Source of the DNA: Vulcanimicrobiota bacterium | GTDB lineage: Bacteria > Vulcanimicrobiota > Xenobia > Xenobiales > JADMJV01 | Direction of reading: 5' to 3' | Length of the DNA stretch: 64,000 nt | NCBI GenBank assembly: GCA_050250895.1 | Contig: JBFWNU010000005.1 | Location: 224,001 to 288,000, forward strand | Shown here: one piece after another, positions 9,650 through 18,323 of the stretch | Layout of the letters: every line of letters starts with the position of its first letter | Numbering within the stretch: position 1 is the first letter of the stretch | Made by a program: the position numbers and the translations under genes | Notes under the pieces: model-generated | The model's input: the letters and a program-made list of their open reading frames with translations, nothing else | What the model was told of the DNA's origin: nothing | Database searches by the model: none

Positions 9650-10366
9650 ATGCACAGCGCCGTCGAGGTACTCCACCAGGTGAAACCAGTGGACGTGCTG
9701 GATCAGACTATCTATCGAACGCTGCAGCGCATTCGGGGAGATGCGCCCGAGCCGTTTCTGCTGAGAGAACTCAATTGCACTCACCGCGAGATCAGCGGTC
9801 GCTATCTGATTCGAGCCGATGAGCCAGCTCGCACCGGCGGCGAGGCGGCTGCTCTGGGCGCGCTGGCGGTGACCGGCTTGCTCTTTGCTCGCGCCCTGGT
9901 GACGCGCAAGCCGTTGCACTGGGCCGGTGCCCTGTGGGCCGGCTCGATCGCCCTGATGACCGGCCAGGACCTCATCAAGCGGGCCAGTTCGGCGGTGCGC
10001 CGTTTCACTGGCGGCAATCAAGACTTCGCCACCATGACGGTCTTGCCAGAGGAATTGATTTTCCTGTACCGTGACCAGGAGATCCACGTCAATCTGCCCC
10101 CCGCGGTGAGCGTCGTGCTCAGGACCTTCCGTCATCGCTTACGCGGCCGCGACGAGCAGTTCCACCTGCTGCAACTCGACCTCCATGACGGTCGCGTCAT
10201 CACCCTGTCGGGCTATGACGATGTGGTCACGGCGCGCCGCAACGGTCACCAGGTCTGTCGTGCGATGGGTCTGGGGATGGTCTTTCAGAACATCGAAGTG
10301 ACCGAGGTCGAAAATGGGATCAGCTGGGAACTAGGTCCTCAGCTGGTCGAGCCGGCCCTCAACTGA
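9650..10366 (+). CDS. hypothetical membrane protein
   Basis: 238-aa ORF with two central TM segments. Confidence 0.7.
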   Translation: MHSAVEVLHQVKPVDVLDQTIYRTLQRIRGDAPEPFLLRELNCTHREISGRYLIRADEPARTGGEAAALGALAVTGLLFARALVTRKPLHWAGALWAGSIALMTGQDLIKRASSAVRRFTGGNQDFATMTVLPEELIFLYRDQEIHVNLPPAVSVVLRTFRHRLRGRDEQFHLLQLDLHDGRVITLSGYDDVVTARRNGHQVCRAMGLGMVFQNIEVTEVENGISWELGPQLVEPALN

Positions 10367-11096
10367 GGCGGTACGGGAACTTGGGGTCAAGCAACGGCCC
10401 CACATCCAACAGTTCGAGTCGCTCGTTGCTGCGGCGAATTACCTGCTGGCGTTCGAGGGCGTTGAGCAATGCCTCTACGGCGGGGCGTTCGGCCCCTAAC
10501 ATCTCGGCCAGCGTCTGAGCCGAAACGGGCACGTCGATCCGCACCCCGTCTTCGGTCTCTTCGCCCCGAGTCGCGGCCAGGGCGATGAGCTTCTGGGCCA
10601 ACCTCCGGTAAAGATCGAGATGCACCACCGCGGCCGTGTCGTGGTTGGTTTGTCTTAAACGATGAGCCAGTCCCACCATCAGTGCTAGAGCCAGCTCGAC
10701 GTTGGCTCGCAGGCTGGCCATGAAAGCCGGTCGCCGGATGCAGATCAGGCGGCAGTCCTCGAGGGATTCAGCTGTGGCCGAGCGAGGAAAGCACTCGATC
10801 AGCGCCATTTCACCCAGATAGTCCAGAGGGCCGAGCACGGCCAGCGTGAAGTTGTAGTCCTCTTCCACCACGGTCAGCTTGAGCGACCCGCTCATCACCA
10901 CATAGAAAGCGTCGCCGGGGTCGCCCTGGCGGAAGAGCACACCGTTCTTGGCCAGGGTCTTCTCTTCGGCCAGCTCGGAAATGCCTCGCAGGGAGCCCTC
11001 GTCGAGCTTGCGAAAGAGTGGAACCTTCGATAGGGAGTGGAATATCTCGTCCTTCGAGTGGAGCACCCTGGCGATTTCCCTCCTGCATGGCGACAT
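10359..11096 (-). CDS. Crp/Fnr family transcriptional regulator
   Basis: cNMP domain LFRQGDPGD..YVVMSG...GEMALI..PRSATA plus a C-terminal HTH region. Start is ATG 11096 or GTG 11066; the track's extension to 11558 overlaps the TPMT gene. Confidence 0.88.
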   Translation of the reverse strand: MSPCRREIARVLHSKDEIFHSLSKVPLFRKLDEGSLRGISELAEEKTLAKNGVLFRQGDPGDAFYVVMSGSLKLTVVEEDYNFTLAVLGPLDYLGEMALIECFPRSATAESLEDCRLICIRRPAFMASLRANVELALALMVGLAHRLRQTNHDTAAVVHLDLYRRLAQKLIALAATRGEETEDGVRIDVPVSAQTLAEMLGAERPAVEALLNALERQQVIRRSNERLELLDVGPLLDPKFPYRLS

Positions 11097-11117
11097 CCCT
11101 TTGAGGAGGCTCCTTTG

Positions 11118-11684
11118 ATGGCCTGGAACGAGCGATATCTGGCAGAAGACACGCCCTGGGATCGAGGCGGACCTACCCTCGCCCTGAGTCACTGGCTGGC
11201 TAGCGTGGAGCAGACCCTGAGGGTGGCCGTGCCCGGCTGCGGCCGCGGTCACGACGTGGTCGAGTTGGCCCGTCAGGGCCACCAGGTCGTCGCCCTGGAT
11301 ATCGCCCCGGTCGCCCTGGACCAGTTGCGCCAGCGCCTCGAGGCCGAGGAGCTTCAGGCCCTTGTCGAGTTGGCCGACGTGCTCGTTTGGCAACCCGAGA
11401 CTCGTCTCGACGCGGTCTACGAACAGACTTGCCTGTGCGCGCTTGGGCCCGAGCATTGGGTGACCTACGCCCACCAGCTCCATTCCTGGCTCAAGCCGGG
11501 AGGGACGCTGGCCGTGTCGTTCATGCACACCCACCGGGACGGCGGACCACCCTGGCATTGCCCCATCGACCGCATGCGAGAGCTATTCCCTGCCTCACGT
11601 TGGAGCTGGCCTCACCACGGCGGCTTACGCATCCCGCACCGCGAGGGCCTCTACGAGCTGGCCTACCAGCTGGAGCGCCTCTAG
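11118..11684 (+). CDS. thiopurine S-methyltransferase (TPMT)-like SAM-dependent methyltransferase
   Basis: WNERY..DTPWD, VPGCGRGHD, YEQTCLCAL and GGPPW motifs; GAGGAGG RBS before ATG 11118. Confidence 0.88.
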   Translation: MAWNERYLAEDTPWDRGGPTLALSHWLASVEQTLRVAVPGCGRGHDVVELARQGHQVVALDIAPVALDQLRQRLEAEELQALVELADVLVWQPETRLDAVYEQTCLCALGPEHWVTYAHQLHSWLKPGGTLAVSFMHTHRDGGPPWHCPIDRMRELFPASRWSWPHHGGLRIPHREGLYELAYQLERL

Positions 11685-11689
11685 CCAGC

Positions 11690-11780
11690 GCGCTCGCTTC
11701 GCTCGCCGGGGAGCGCTCGCTTCGCTCACGAGAAAGGAGCTCTTGCTTCGCTCGAGGGAAAGGGAGCGGCCCTTCGGCCG
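11690..11780 (+). repeat. dispersed REP-like element (copy A), with GCGCTCGCTTCGCTC direct repeat
   Basis: The 15-mer occurs at 11690 and 11713. The 11712-11780 stretch aligns with the reverse complement of 31972-32037. Confidence 0.65.
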
Positions 11781-11857
11781 CAAATCTTTGGGCGGCGAAG
11801 CCGCTCTCCGTCGGCCCCAGGCCGAATCGGCTCCTTTTCCCCGCGTAGCGGCTCCTC

Positions 11858-11940
11858 GTCGACGCGCAGCGTCGAAATCTCAGCCGCCAGGCTGCTCCCT
11901 GTCGACGTGCAGCGTCGAAGTCTCGCCACAGGCTGCTCCT
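11858..11940. repeat. tandem pair of ~42-bp palindrome-containing repeats
   Basis: gtcgacgcgcagcgtcgaaatctcagccgccaggctgctccc and gtcgacgtgcagcgtcgaagtctcgccacaggctgctcct; each has a TCGACG(C/T)-GCA-GCGTCGA hairpin. Confidence 0.75.
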
Positions 11941-13130
11941 TATCGGGCGACGACCGTCTGACCCGGTTCCTCCATATGGTGGAAGGCCTGCAGGCCGGTC
12001 AGGTGCTTGCCGATGATCAGTTGTTGGATCTGGCTGGTTCCCTCATACAGCGAGGCGACGCGGGCATCGCGCCAGAGACGTTCGGGGGCATACTCGTCAG
12101 AATAGCCGTAGCCACCGTGGATCTGGATGGCCATGTCGGCGGCCCGTTTGGCCACTTCGCTGGCGTAGTACTTGGCCATCGAGACGGGGATGGTCGAGCG
12201 TTCGCCTTTGTTCTTGGCATGACCGGCTTGATAGACCAGCAAACGAGCGGCCTGGGTTTCCACGTGCATGTCGGCCAGCAGTTGTTGCACCAGCTGGAAG
12301 CCGGCGATGGGCTGGTCGAAGGCGACCCGCTCCTTGCTGTAGGCCAGGCTGCAATCGAGGGCGTGCTGGGCGATGCCGACGCAACCGCTGGCCACACCAT
12401 AGCGGCCGTTGTCGAGGGCGGCCATGGCGATCTTGAAGCCATCGCCGATCTCGCCCATGCGTTGCGAATCGGGCACGGTCACGTTCTCGAGAAAGATTTC
12501 GCCCGTGTCGCTGGCCCGCAGGCCCAGCTTGCCCTTCATCTGGCGACCCTCGTAGCCGGGGGTGCTGGTCTCGACCAGAAAGGCGGTCATGCCGTGGTGG
12601 CGACTGCCAGGGTCGGTCTGGGCGAAGATGATGGCCACATCCGCCCAGGTCCCGTTCGAGATCCAGACCTTCTGGCCGTTGAGGACCCAGTCGCTGCCTC
12701 GGCGCACGGCCGTGGTCTTGACGTTCGAGGCGTCCGAGCCGGCATCGGGCTCGGTCAGGCCGAAGCAGCCAATCCACTCGCCGCTACAAAGCTTGGGCAG
12801 GTAGGCTTTCTTCAGCTCTTCGGGAGCGTACTTCAGAATGGTCAACTCCACCAACGACATCTGCACCGACAGAGTGGTGCGCACTGACGAGTCGGCATAG
12901 CCGACTTCTTCGAAGACGATAGCCTCGGCAATATAATCCAGGCCGGCTCCGCCATACTCTTCGGGCACCGGTACGCCCAGAAATCCGAGCTTGCCCATCG
13001 CCTTGAGCAGGTCACGGGGGAAGGCGCCGGCTCGGTCCCAGTCGCGGGCATACGGAAGAATCTTGTCTTTGGCGAAACTCCGCACCGAGTCTCGAATCAT
13101 GCGTTGTTCTGAGTTGAGGTCGAAATCCAT
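11940..13130 (-). CDS. acyl-CoA dehydrogenase
   Basis: FGLTEPDAGSD, NGQKVWISNG, KLGLRASDT, IHGGYGY and YEGTSQIQ motifs. Confidence 0.95.
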   Translation of the reverse strand: MDFDLNSEQRMIRDSVRSFAKDKILPYARDWDRAGAFPRDLLKAMGKLGFLGVPVPEEYGGAGLDYIAEAIVFEEVGYADSSVRTTLSVQMSLVELTILKYAPEELKKAYLPKLCSGEWIGCFGLTEPDAGSDASNVKTTAVRRGSDWVLNGQKVWISNGTWADVAIIFAQTDPGSRHHGMTAFLVETSTPGYEGRQMKGKLGLRASDTGEIFLENVTVPDSQRMGEIGDGFKIAMAALDNGRYGVASGCVGIAQHALDCSLAYSKERVAFDQPIAGFQLVQQLLADMHVETQAARLLVYQAGHAKNKGERSTIPVSMAKYYASEVAKRAADMAIQIHGGYGYSDEYAPERLWRDARVASLYEGTSQIQQLIIGKHLTGLQAFHHMEEPGQTVVAR

Positions 13131-13200
13131 ACCGCTGTATTACCCTGGGCACCGTGGCTCAAAACAGGCCCCTCCTGGGCCGGTCGCGAAAGGCCCGGGC

Positions 13201-13935
13201 GTGAGTAGCTGGGCTGAACTGACCTATCCTGAGGTCGAGGCTCTCGACCGCGGTCGGGCCTTGCCGATCTTACCTTTGGGGGCGGTCGAGGCCCACGGCC
13301 CTCACCTGCCGCTCGATACCGATAACATTATCTCGTTGGCGGTGGCCCGCCAGGCGGCCAGCTTGCTCGAGCCGGTCTGGCAAGGTCTGGTCTTGCCGCC
13401 GATGGCCTATGCTCCGGCCCCGTTTGCGGCCGGCTTTCGCGGCACCATCTCGGTGCGCCCCGAGACGCTGCGCGAGACGGTGGTCGACATCGGTCTCGAC
13501 CTTAAGGATCAGGGTTTTCCTGGTCTGGTGCTGGTAAACTCGCACTTCGATCCGGCCCACATCGGTGCTCTTTATGGTGCCATCGAGCGCCTCCACGAAT
13601 TCCGCGTGATCTTTCCCGACTTCACCCGTCGCCGCTTGGCCGAGCGCATGAGCGACGAGTTTCGCAGCGGAGCGTGCCACGCCGGGCAGTACGAGAGCTC
13701 GGTGGTGCTGGCGGCCCGCCCCGAGTTGGTGCGCGAGGCGGCCCGTCAGGCTTTAGAAGACAACCCGGCCTCGCTTTCCGAGGCCATTCGGTCAGGCAAG
13801 GCCAGCTTCGTCGAGGCCGGCGGACCGCAGGCCTATTTCGGCTACCCCCGCCGGGCTAGCGCCGAAGAAGGTCGCCAGACCATAGAACTGATGGCCTCGC
13901 TGGTGGTCGAGGCAGTCAAGGAGGCATTCGCGTGA
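13201..13935 (+). CDS. creatininase / creatinine amidohydrolase family protein
   Basis: LPLGAVEAHGPHLPLDTD, VNSH and HAGQYESS metal-binding motifs; start GTG 13201. Confidence 0.9.
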   Translation: MSSWAELTYPEVEALDRGRALPILPLGAVEAHGPHLPLDTDNIISLAVARQAASLLEPVWQGLVLPPMAYAPAPFAAGFRGTISVRPETLRETVVDIGLDLKDQGFPGLVLVNSHFDPAHIGALYGAIERLHEFRVIFPDFTRRRLAERMSDEFRSGACHAGQYESSVVLAARPELVREAARQALEDNPASLSEAIRSGKASFVEAGGPQAYFGYPRRASAEEGRQTIELMASLVVEAVKEAFA

Positions 13936-14705
13936 GACTCAAAGGTAAGAAGGCCGTCGTCACCGGCGGTGGGCGCGGCATCGGCGCCGCGGTGGCCGAA
14001 GAACTGGCGCGCCAGGGTTGCGAGGTGGTGGTGGCCGCCCGTACTCTTTGTCAGCTCGAATCGGTGGTCGAAGCGATCAAAGGCCCCGGTGGGGTGGCTC
14101 ACGCCGTCGAGTGTGACGTGACCGACCCCGATTCGGTGGCCGCCATGGCCATGCAGGCCAAGGAGTTGATGGGCTCGGTGCACATCCTGGTCAACAATGC
14201 CGGCATTGCCTCCAGTGCCCCCCTCAAGAGCCTGACCCTGCAAGAGTGGAATCGCATCCTCTCGGTCAACACCACCGGCACCTATCTCTGCACGCAGGCC
14301 TTTCTGCCGGCCATGTCCGACCAGAAGTGGGGGCGGGTCATCAATGTGGCCTCGGTGGCCGGCCAGGCCGGCGCCAAGTACATTTCGGCCTATAGCTCGT
14401 CCAAGCACGCCGTCATCGGCTTTACCCGCTGTATCGCCCTCGAGGTGGCGCCCAAGGGAGTCACCGTCAACGCGGTCTGCCCGGGGTATGTCGACACCGA
14501 CCTGACCGGCGAGACGGTCGACCGGATCATCGAGAAGACCGGCATGACCGAACAGGACGCCATCGAAAGCCTGGCTCGCACCAACCCCCAGCATCGTCTG
14601 ATCCAGCCCGATGAAGTCGCCTATCTGGTGCTGTGCTTGTGCGACGAGCGGGCCCGGGGTATCAACGGCCAGGCCATCAACATCGATGGGGGAGGGCTGG
14701 CTTGA
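13932..14705 (+). CDS. short-chain dehydrogenase/reductase
   Basis: TGGGRGIG, NNAG, YSSSK and PGYVDT motifs. Confidence 0.95.
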   Translation: MRLKGKKAVVTGGGRGIGAAVAEELARQGCEVVVAARTLCQLESVVEAIKGPGGVAHAVECDVTDPDSVAAMAMQAKELMGSVHILVNNAGIASSAPLKSLTLQEWNRILSVNTTGTYLCTQAFLPAMSDQKWGRVINVASVAGQAGAKYISAYSSSKHAVIGFTRCIALEVAPKGVTVNAVCPGYVDTDLTGETVDRIIEKTGMTEQDAIESLARTNPQHRLIQPDEVAYLVLCLCDERARGINGQAINIDGGGLA

Positions 14706-15100
14706 AACTCGAGCCCATCAACCCCGAGAGCCTGGGCGCGCCCAAAGGCTACTCCAACGGCATCCTCTGCCCGGCCGGCGGGCGCCTGCTGTTCGTGGCC
14801 GGCCAGATCGCCTGGGATCAGCAGCAGAAGTTCGTGGCCGCCACCTTTGGGGCCCAGTTCCGCCGGGCCCTGGCCAACGTTGTCGCGGTGGTCGCCGAGG
14901 CCGGCGGTCAGGCCGACCAGATCGCCAGTATGCGCATCTATGTCACCGACAAGAGGCTCTATCTGGCCGAACTCAAAGAGGTCGGCGCGGCCTATCGCGA
15001 GTTCATGGGCAAGCACTTCCCCGCCATGGCCCTGGTGGAGGTGCGGGGACTGCTCGAGGATCAGGCCTTAGTCGAGATCGAAGCCACGGCCGTGATCTAG
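14702..15100 (+). CDS. RidA/YjgF/UK114 family protein
   Basis: PKGYSNG, LFVAGQI, FPAMALV and VEIEATA motifs; the TTG start overlaps the SDR stop. Confidence 0.9.
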   Translation: MKLEPINPESLGAPKGYSNGILCPAGGRLLFVAGQIAWDQQQKFVAATFGAQFRRALANVVAVVAEAGGQADQIASMRIYVTDKRLYLAELKEVGAAYREFMGKHFPAMALVEVRGLLEDQALVEIEATAVI

Positions 15101-15438
15101 CCTAGTTGGAAGCGGTAGCTGCGTCCGTCTGGGCTAGACCAGATGCCCTCGTAGCCGCTGGTCGTGAGCAAACCGTCAAAGGTGCCGGAGTGCTTGCCCT
15201 GATAGAACTCCTGAAGGGTGCAGTTCTGTTCCAGCAGTGTGCCAGACAGCGTCAAAGTGTTGCCCGTCTTCAGATAGGTGTATTGGCCGCTCACAGAGCC
15301 GCCATCGATCGACAGGGTCATCGCGATTTCGCTGCCCGCCAATGAGCCTCGCAGACCCCCGCTGGGAGCGTGGGCCAGGGCGGGTAGACTGGCCAGCGCG
15401 GCGACCGGCACTAACGAGAGAAATCGTCGTCTGTTCAT
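15097..15438 (-). CDS. small Tat-exported beta-rich protein
   Basis: MNRRRFLSL...ALAHA twin-arginine signal from ATG 15438; 113 aa. Confidence 0.7.
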   Translation of the reverse strand: MNRRRFLSLVPVAALASLPALAHAPSGGLRGSLAGSEIAMTLSIDGGSVSGQYTYLKTGNTLTLSGTLLEQNCTLQEFYQGKHSGTFDGLLTTSGYEGIWSSPDGRSYRFQLG

Positions 15439-15449
15439 CCCTGGACCTT

Positions 15450-15545
15450 CGCCGTGACCCGGGCGCCCGCCTGTTCTAGGCGGGCCACCACGTAGCCACC
15501 GAGAAAGCCCGTGCCTCCGGTCACCAGCACCGCTTTGCCTCTCCA
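15450..15545 (-). pseudogene. 5' remnant of GDP-L-fucose synthase (duplicate of the start of the gene at 25926..26855)
   Basis: Translates [32 protein letters not shown], 29/32 identical to fcl codons 4-35. It has no start codon and stops 4 codons later. Confidence 0.85.
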
Positions 15546-15625
15546 ACCCCGATACCTGCGGCGGTCCGCGCCGCTGGGTTAGGGCCTGAATTCAGGGGAT
15601 TACGCCCGGCTGTGGAGAAGACATC

Positions 15626-16498
15626 TTGATGCACCCGTTGACTCTTCTTACTGGTTTGGCGGGATTGGCCTGGTTGGGCGCCAAGCGGTCGTATCGCCCG
15701 CTTTTGCCCACCTACGCTGGCCCTAGCGAGCGCCTCGCCGGCACCAGCATCTTGTCTTCCCTGGAGGCTGAGCTGCCTGAGCACCAGAACGCCGTCTGGT
15801 GTGCAACCAGCGATTGGTGCCGGCCTCAGGCCGGGGGCGCACTGCCTGGCTATCTGACCATCAGCCGTCCGGATCCGGCACGGTTCGGGTTGCCGTCCGA
15901 TGGAGAGATCACCGTCTGCAGTCTGGAAGCTCACCTCAGGTTTGCAGTTCCGTTTCGGTCGGCTAACCAACCGCTGATATTTCGGGCTAGCGGCGGAGCT
16001 ACCCGGGCCGTGAACTGGTTTGGCCTGCGGGCCGAGGACCGGAGCAAATACAGGTCAATACGCAGGCAGGTACAGATACTGTGGGAAGATGACGAGGGCT
16101 TCGCGCTCGACATTTGCCGGTTCTCTCGACCCTTTCGGGTGATCGTGGCTCAGATCCCCAGGCCTTCCAGTCTCGGGGCGGGCGTCGAGGCTGTCCGCCA
16201 ACGATGCGAGCAACCTCCGCGTCCTCTCGACCTTTGCGCGTCGCTGGCCATCCCGGCCCAGAGCTGGGAACTCTCTCAGCTCTTCGCGATAGACGCGTCC
16301 ACATTCCGGGCAGAGTCAATCCAGTTTCGTCTCGACCGAGACGGGTGCCAGCTCGCCTCGGTCTCGCTAATTTGTTACCTTGGCCGGCAGGAGTATCACT
16401 TCGATCAGCCCTTCCTGCTCTATCTCGAGACCAGACCTGACGAGCAACCCGTGATGGTGATGTGGGTAGACAATGCTGAACTGCTGGCGCCCTGGTAG
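15626..16498 (+). CDS. membrane-anchored hypothetical protein with serpin-like C-terminal motif
   Basis: N-terminal hydrophobic anchor; C-terminal FDQPFLLYL...PVMVMWVDN resembles the serpin F.ADRPF.F.I...ILF.G.V.NP signature. Confidence 0.5.
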   Translation: MMHPLTLLTGLAGLAWLGAKRSYRPLLPTYAGPSERLAGTSILSSLEAELPEHQNAVWCATSDWCRPQAGGALPGYLTISRPDPARFGLPSDGEITVCSLEAHLRFAVPFRSANQPLIFRASGGATRAVNWFGLRAEDRSKYRSIRRQVQILWEDDEGFALDICRFSRPFRVIVAQIPRPSSLGAGVEAVRQRCEQPPRPLDLCASLAIPAQSWELSQLFAIDASTFRAESIQFRLDRDGCQLASVSLICYLGRQEYHFDQPFLLYLETRPDEQPVMVMWVDNAELLAPW

Positions 16499-17085
16499 CG
16501 CGCCTCATCACGGGTGACACTCCGGGGGCTGCGGTCGGATTTCTTCGCCGGTAGCCAGGATGTAATTGTGTTGTTGGTATCGCCAGGGATTAGCTCTTGC
16601 AGGTGCAGCAAGAGGTGCGTGTCCTTAGGCCGGCCCTTGAGGAGAACAGTTAGTGAGAGGGGGCGCTCCACGAGCTGCGGAAAGCACCGAGTGCCTGGTC
16701 GGACCAGCTTCACAAATACCTTTTCGACCCCCTCCAGGTCGGCCAACGTAGATTCGAAACTGTCTTGGGCCTCGCTTTCCAGCAGCGCCCGGGCGATTTT
16801 GGCCTCCCTCCCGTTGAGGGCAGGCATTGGCGGGTGGCCGGGCCGGGGCAGATGGCGCCGGGCCAATTCCAATCGCGCCTGGTGGACCTCGAGTTCGCTG
16901 ACGTAGACATAACTTTCGTCTGCGGCCGCGGCGTAGCCGGCTTGGGCCAGTGTGTCGGCCAACTCGCGGCATTCGCTGCCGGGAAAGGGGCGGAGGTTGA
17001 CAGGTGTGTCAGGGACTACCCGTGCCGGACGAAAGAGCGCCGTCAGGGCGAGCACGATGAGAAGGGGCAACCACTGTCGGACCAT
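16420..17085 (-). CDS. FliF/SctJ(YscJ)-like ring-building-motif membrane protein, stand-alone
   Basis: TM from ATG 17085; V..LEVHQARLELARRHLP and ALLESE...TLADLEGVEKVFVKL resemble FliF/YscJ RBM1-RBM2. Confidence 0.55.
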   Translation of the reverse strand: MVRQWLPLLIVLALTALFRPARVVPDTPVNLRPFPGSECRELADTLAQAGYAAAADESYVYVSELEVHQARLELARRHLPRPGHPPMPALNGREAKIARALLESEAQDSFESTLADLEGVEKVFVKLVRPGTRCFPQLVERPLSLTVLLKGRPKDTHLLLHLQELIPGDTNNTITSWLPAKKSDRSPRSVTRDEARYQGASSSALSTHITITGCSSGLVSR

Positions 17086-17119
17086 AGTCTGAGTATAACC
17101 GCAGGCGGCGATCACGGCT

Positions 17120-17506
17120 ATGCCGAACTCCATGGATGTTCGCCTGGCCGTAGAGGCGCATCAGCTATTCACCTATCCCGACGTGCTGGTCGTGTGCGGC
17201 TCGCCCCGGCTCTTCGAGGGGCGCAACGACACCCTGGTCGACGCCACGCTGATCGTAGAGGTGCTCTCCCCCTCGACCGAGTCCTACGATCGAGACCAGA
17301 AGTTCCGTTTTTACCGCGCCCTGCCTTCGCTCGAAGAGTATGTCACCGTGGCCCAGGCTTCGGTGTTGGTCGAGCAGCACCAACGCCAGTCCGACAGCAC
17401 CTGGCTGCTCCGAGAACATCACTCGCTCAGCCAGAGGCTTGCCCTCCGGTCGCTGGGGGTCGAGATCGGCCTCGAGGGAATCTATCAGAACATCGAGGGG
17501 CTGTGA
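17120..17506 (+). pseudogene. N-terminally deleted Uma2 family endonuclease (copy A)
   Basis: Identical protein to the 27042..27614 product from DVRLAVE onward, but lacks the first ~67 residues. Confidence 0.8.
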
Positions 17507-17510
17507 CCGG
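17134..17510 (+). repeat. 377-bp direct repeat, left copy
   Basis: Matches 27242..27618; only 3 differences seen by eye, all synonymous. Confidence 0.93.
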
Positions 17511-18323
17511 GCCGCCAATCTGGCCATTCGAGGGGTGCTGGGGTTGCAGCGGCCCGTGCTGGTGGGTCGGCTGGGTGGGTTGGAAGGTGCCACCCTGGCC
17601 TACTATCTGCGGCATCGGCCGCGCCGCCCCTATCCGGAATGGTTGCGGGAGCGAATGCACTACAGCGCAGGTCTGTTCTCCAACGACGACCAGAGCATGG
17701 ATGTTTACTCCATGCTGACGGCCGCGGCCCTACGCCAGGCTGACTTGTTAGCAGTCTGGTGGGCGCCCGGCGAAGCTTCGGCCCTGCGGGGTTGCCTGGC
17801 CGATGGTGTGCCGCTGGTGAATCTGGCCAACCTGCAGCCCTTTCGTCACCCGGAGCCCTGGAGTCAGTTGCTGGCGGGTAAGAAAGTGGTGGTGGTGCAT
17901 CCGTTCGAGGCCTCCATACGGCAGAACTACGCTCGTCGCCACCTGCTTTTTGACGACCCGGCCGTCTTGCCCGGCTTCGAGCTCGAGGTGGTCAAGGCGG
18001 TGCAGGGAGTGACCGGCATCGAGACGGGCTTTGCTGATTGGTTTGCGGCCTTTGAGTGGATGAAGGCGCAGTTGAGCGGGCTCGACTACGAGGTGGCTCT
18101 GGTGGGGTGCGGAGCCTACGGCCTCCCGCTAGCGGCCTGGATTAAGGGGCAGGGCCGCCAGGCCATCCATCTGGGCGGAGTCACCCAGTTGCTTTTCGGT
18201 ATTCGAGGCAGGCGCTGGGACCGGCGGCTGCCGGCGGGACTCTGCCTGCAAAACTGGACCCGACCCCTGCCCGAAGAGACTCCTCCGGATTTTATGGGCA
18301 TGGAGGACGGTTGCTACTGGTAG
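17511..18323 (+). CDS. polysaccharide-locus protein (GT-D-fold-like), 5' end unclear or truncated
   Basis: GKKVVVVHPF, VALVGCGAYGLPLA..IK..G..AIHLGG.TQLLFGIRG.RWD and EDGCYW are typical of this glycan-cluster family. There is no proper start between the Uma2 repeat and the first conserved helix. Confidence 0.7.
   Translation, partial: AANLAIRGVLGLQRPVLVGRLGGLEGATLAYYLRHRPRRPYPEWLRERMHYSAGLFSNDDQSMDVYSMLTAAALRQADLLAVWWAPGEASALRGCLADGVPLVNLANLQPFRHPEPWSQLLAGKKVVVVHPFEASIRQNYARRHLLFDDPAVLPGFELEVVKAVQGVTGIETGFADWFAAFEWMKAQLSGLDYEVALVGCGAYGLPLAAWIKGQGRQAIHLGGVTQLLFGIRGRRWDRRLPAGLCLQNWTRPLPEETPPDFMGMEDGCYW

Noticed and set aside
11690-11940. CRISPR array
   Set aside because: Only two units of each repeat, no regular unique spacers and no cas genes. 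The same applies to 48805-48959.
17340-17510. N-terminal extension of the GT-D-like ORF from ATG 17340
   Set aside because: It lies wholly within the Uma2 repeat in another frame and recurs at 27448 without the downstream gene.
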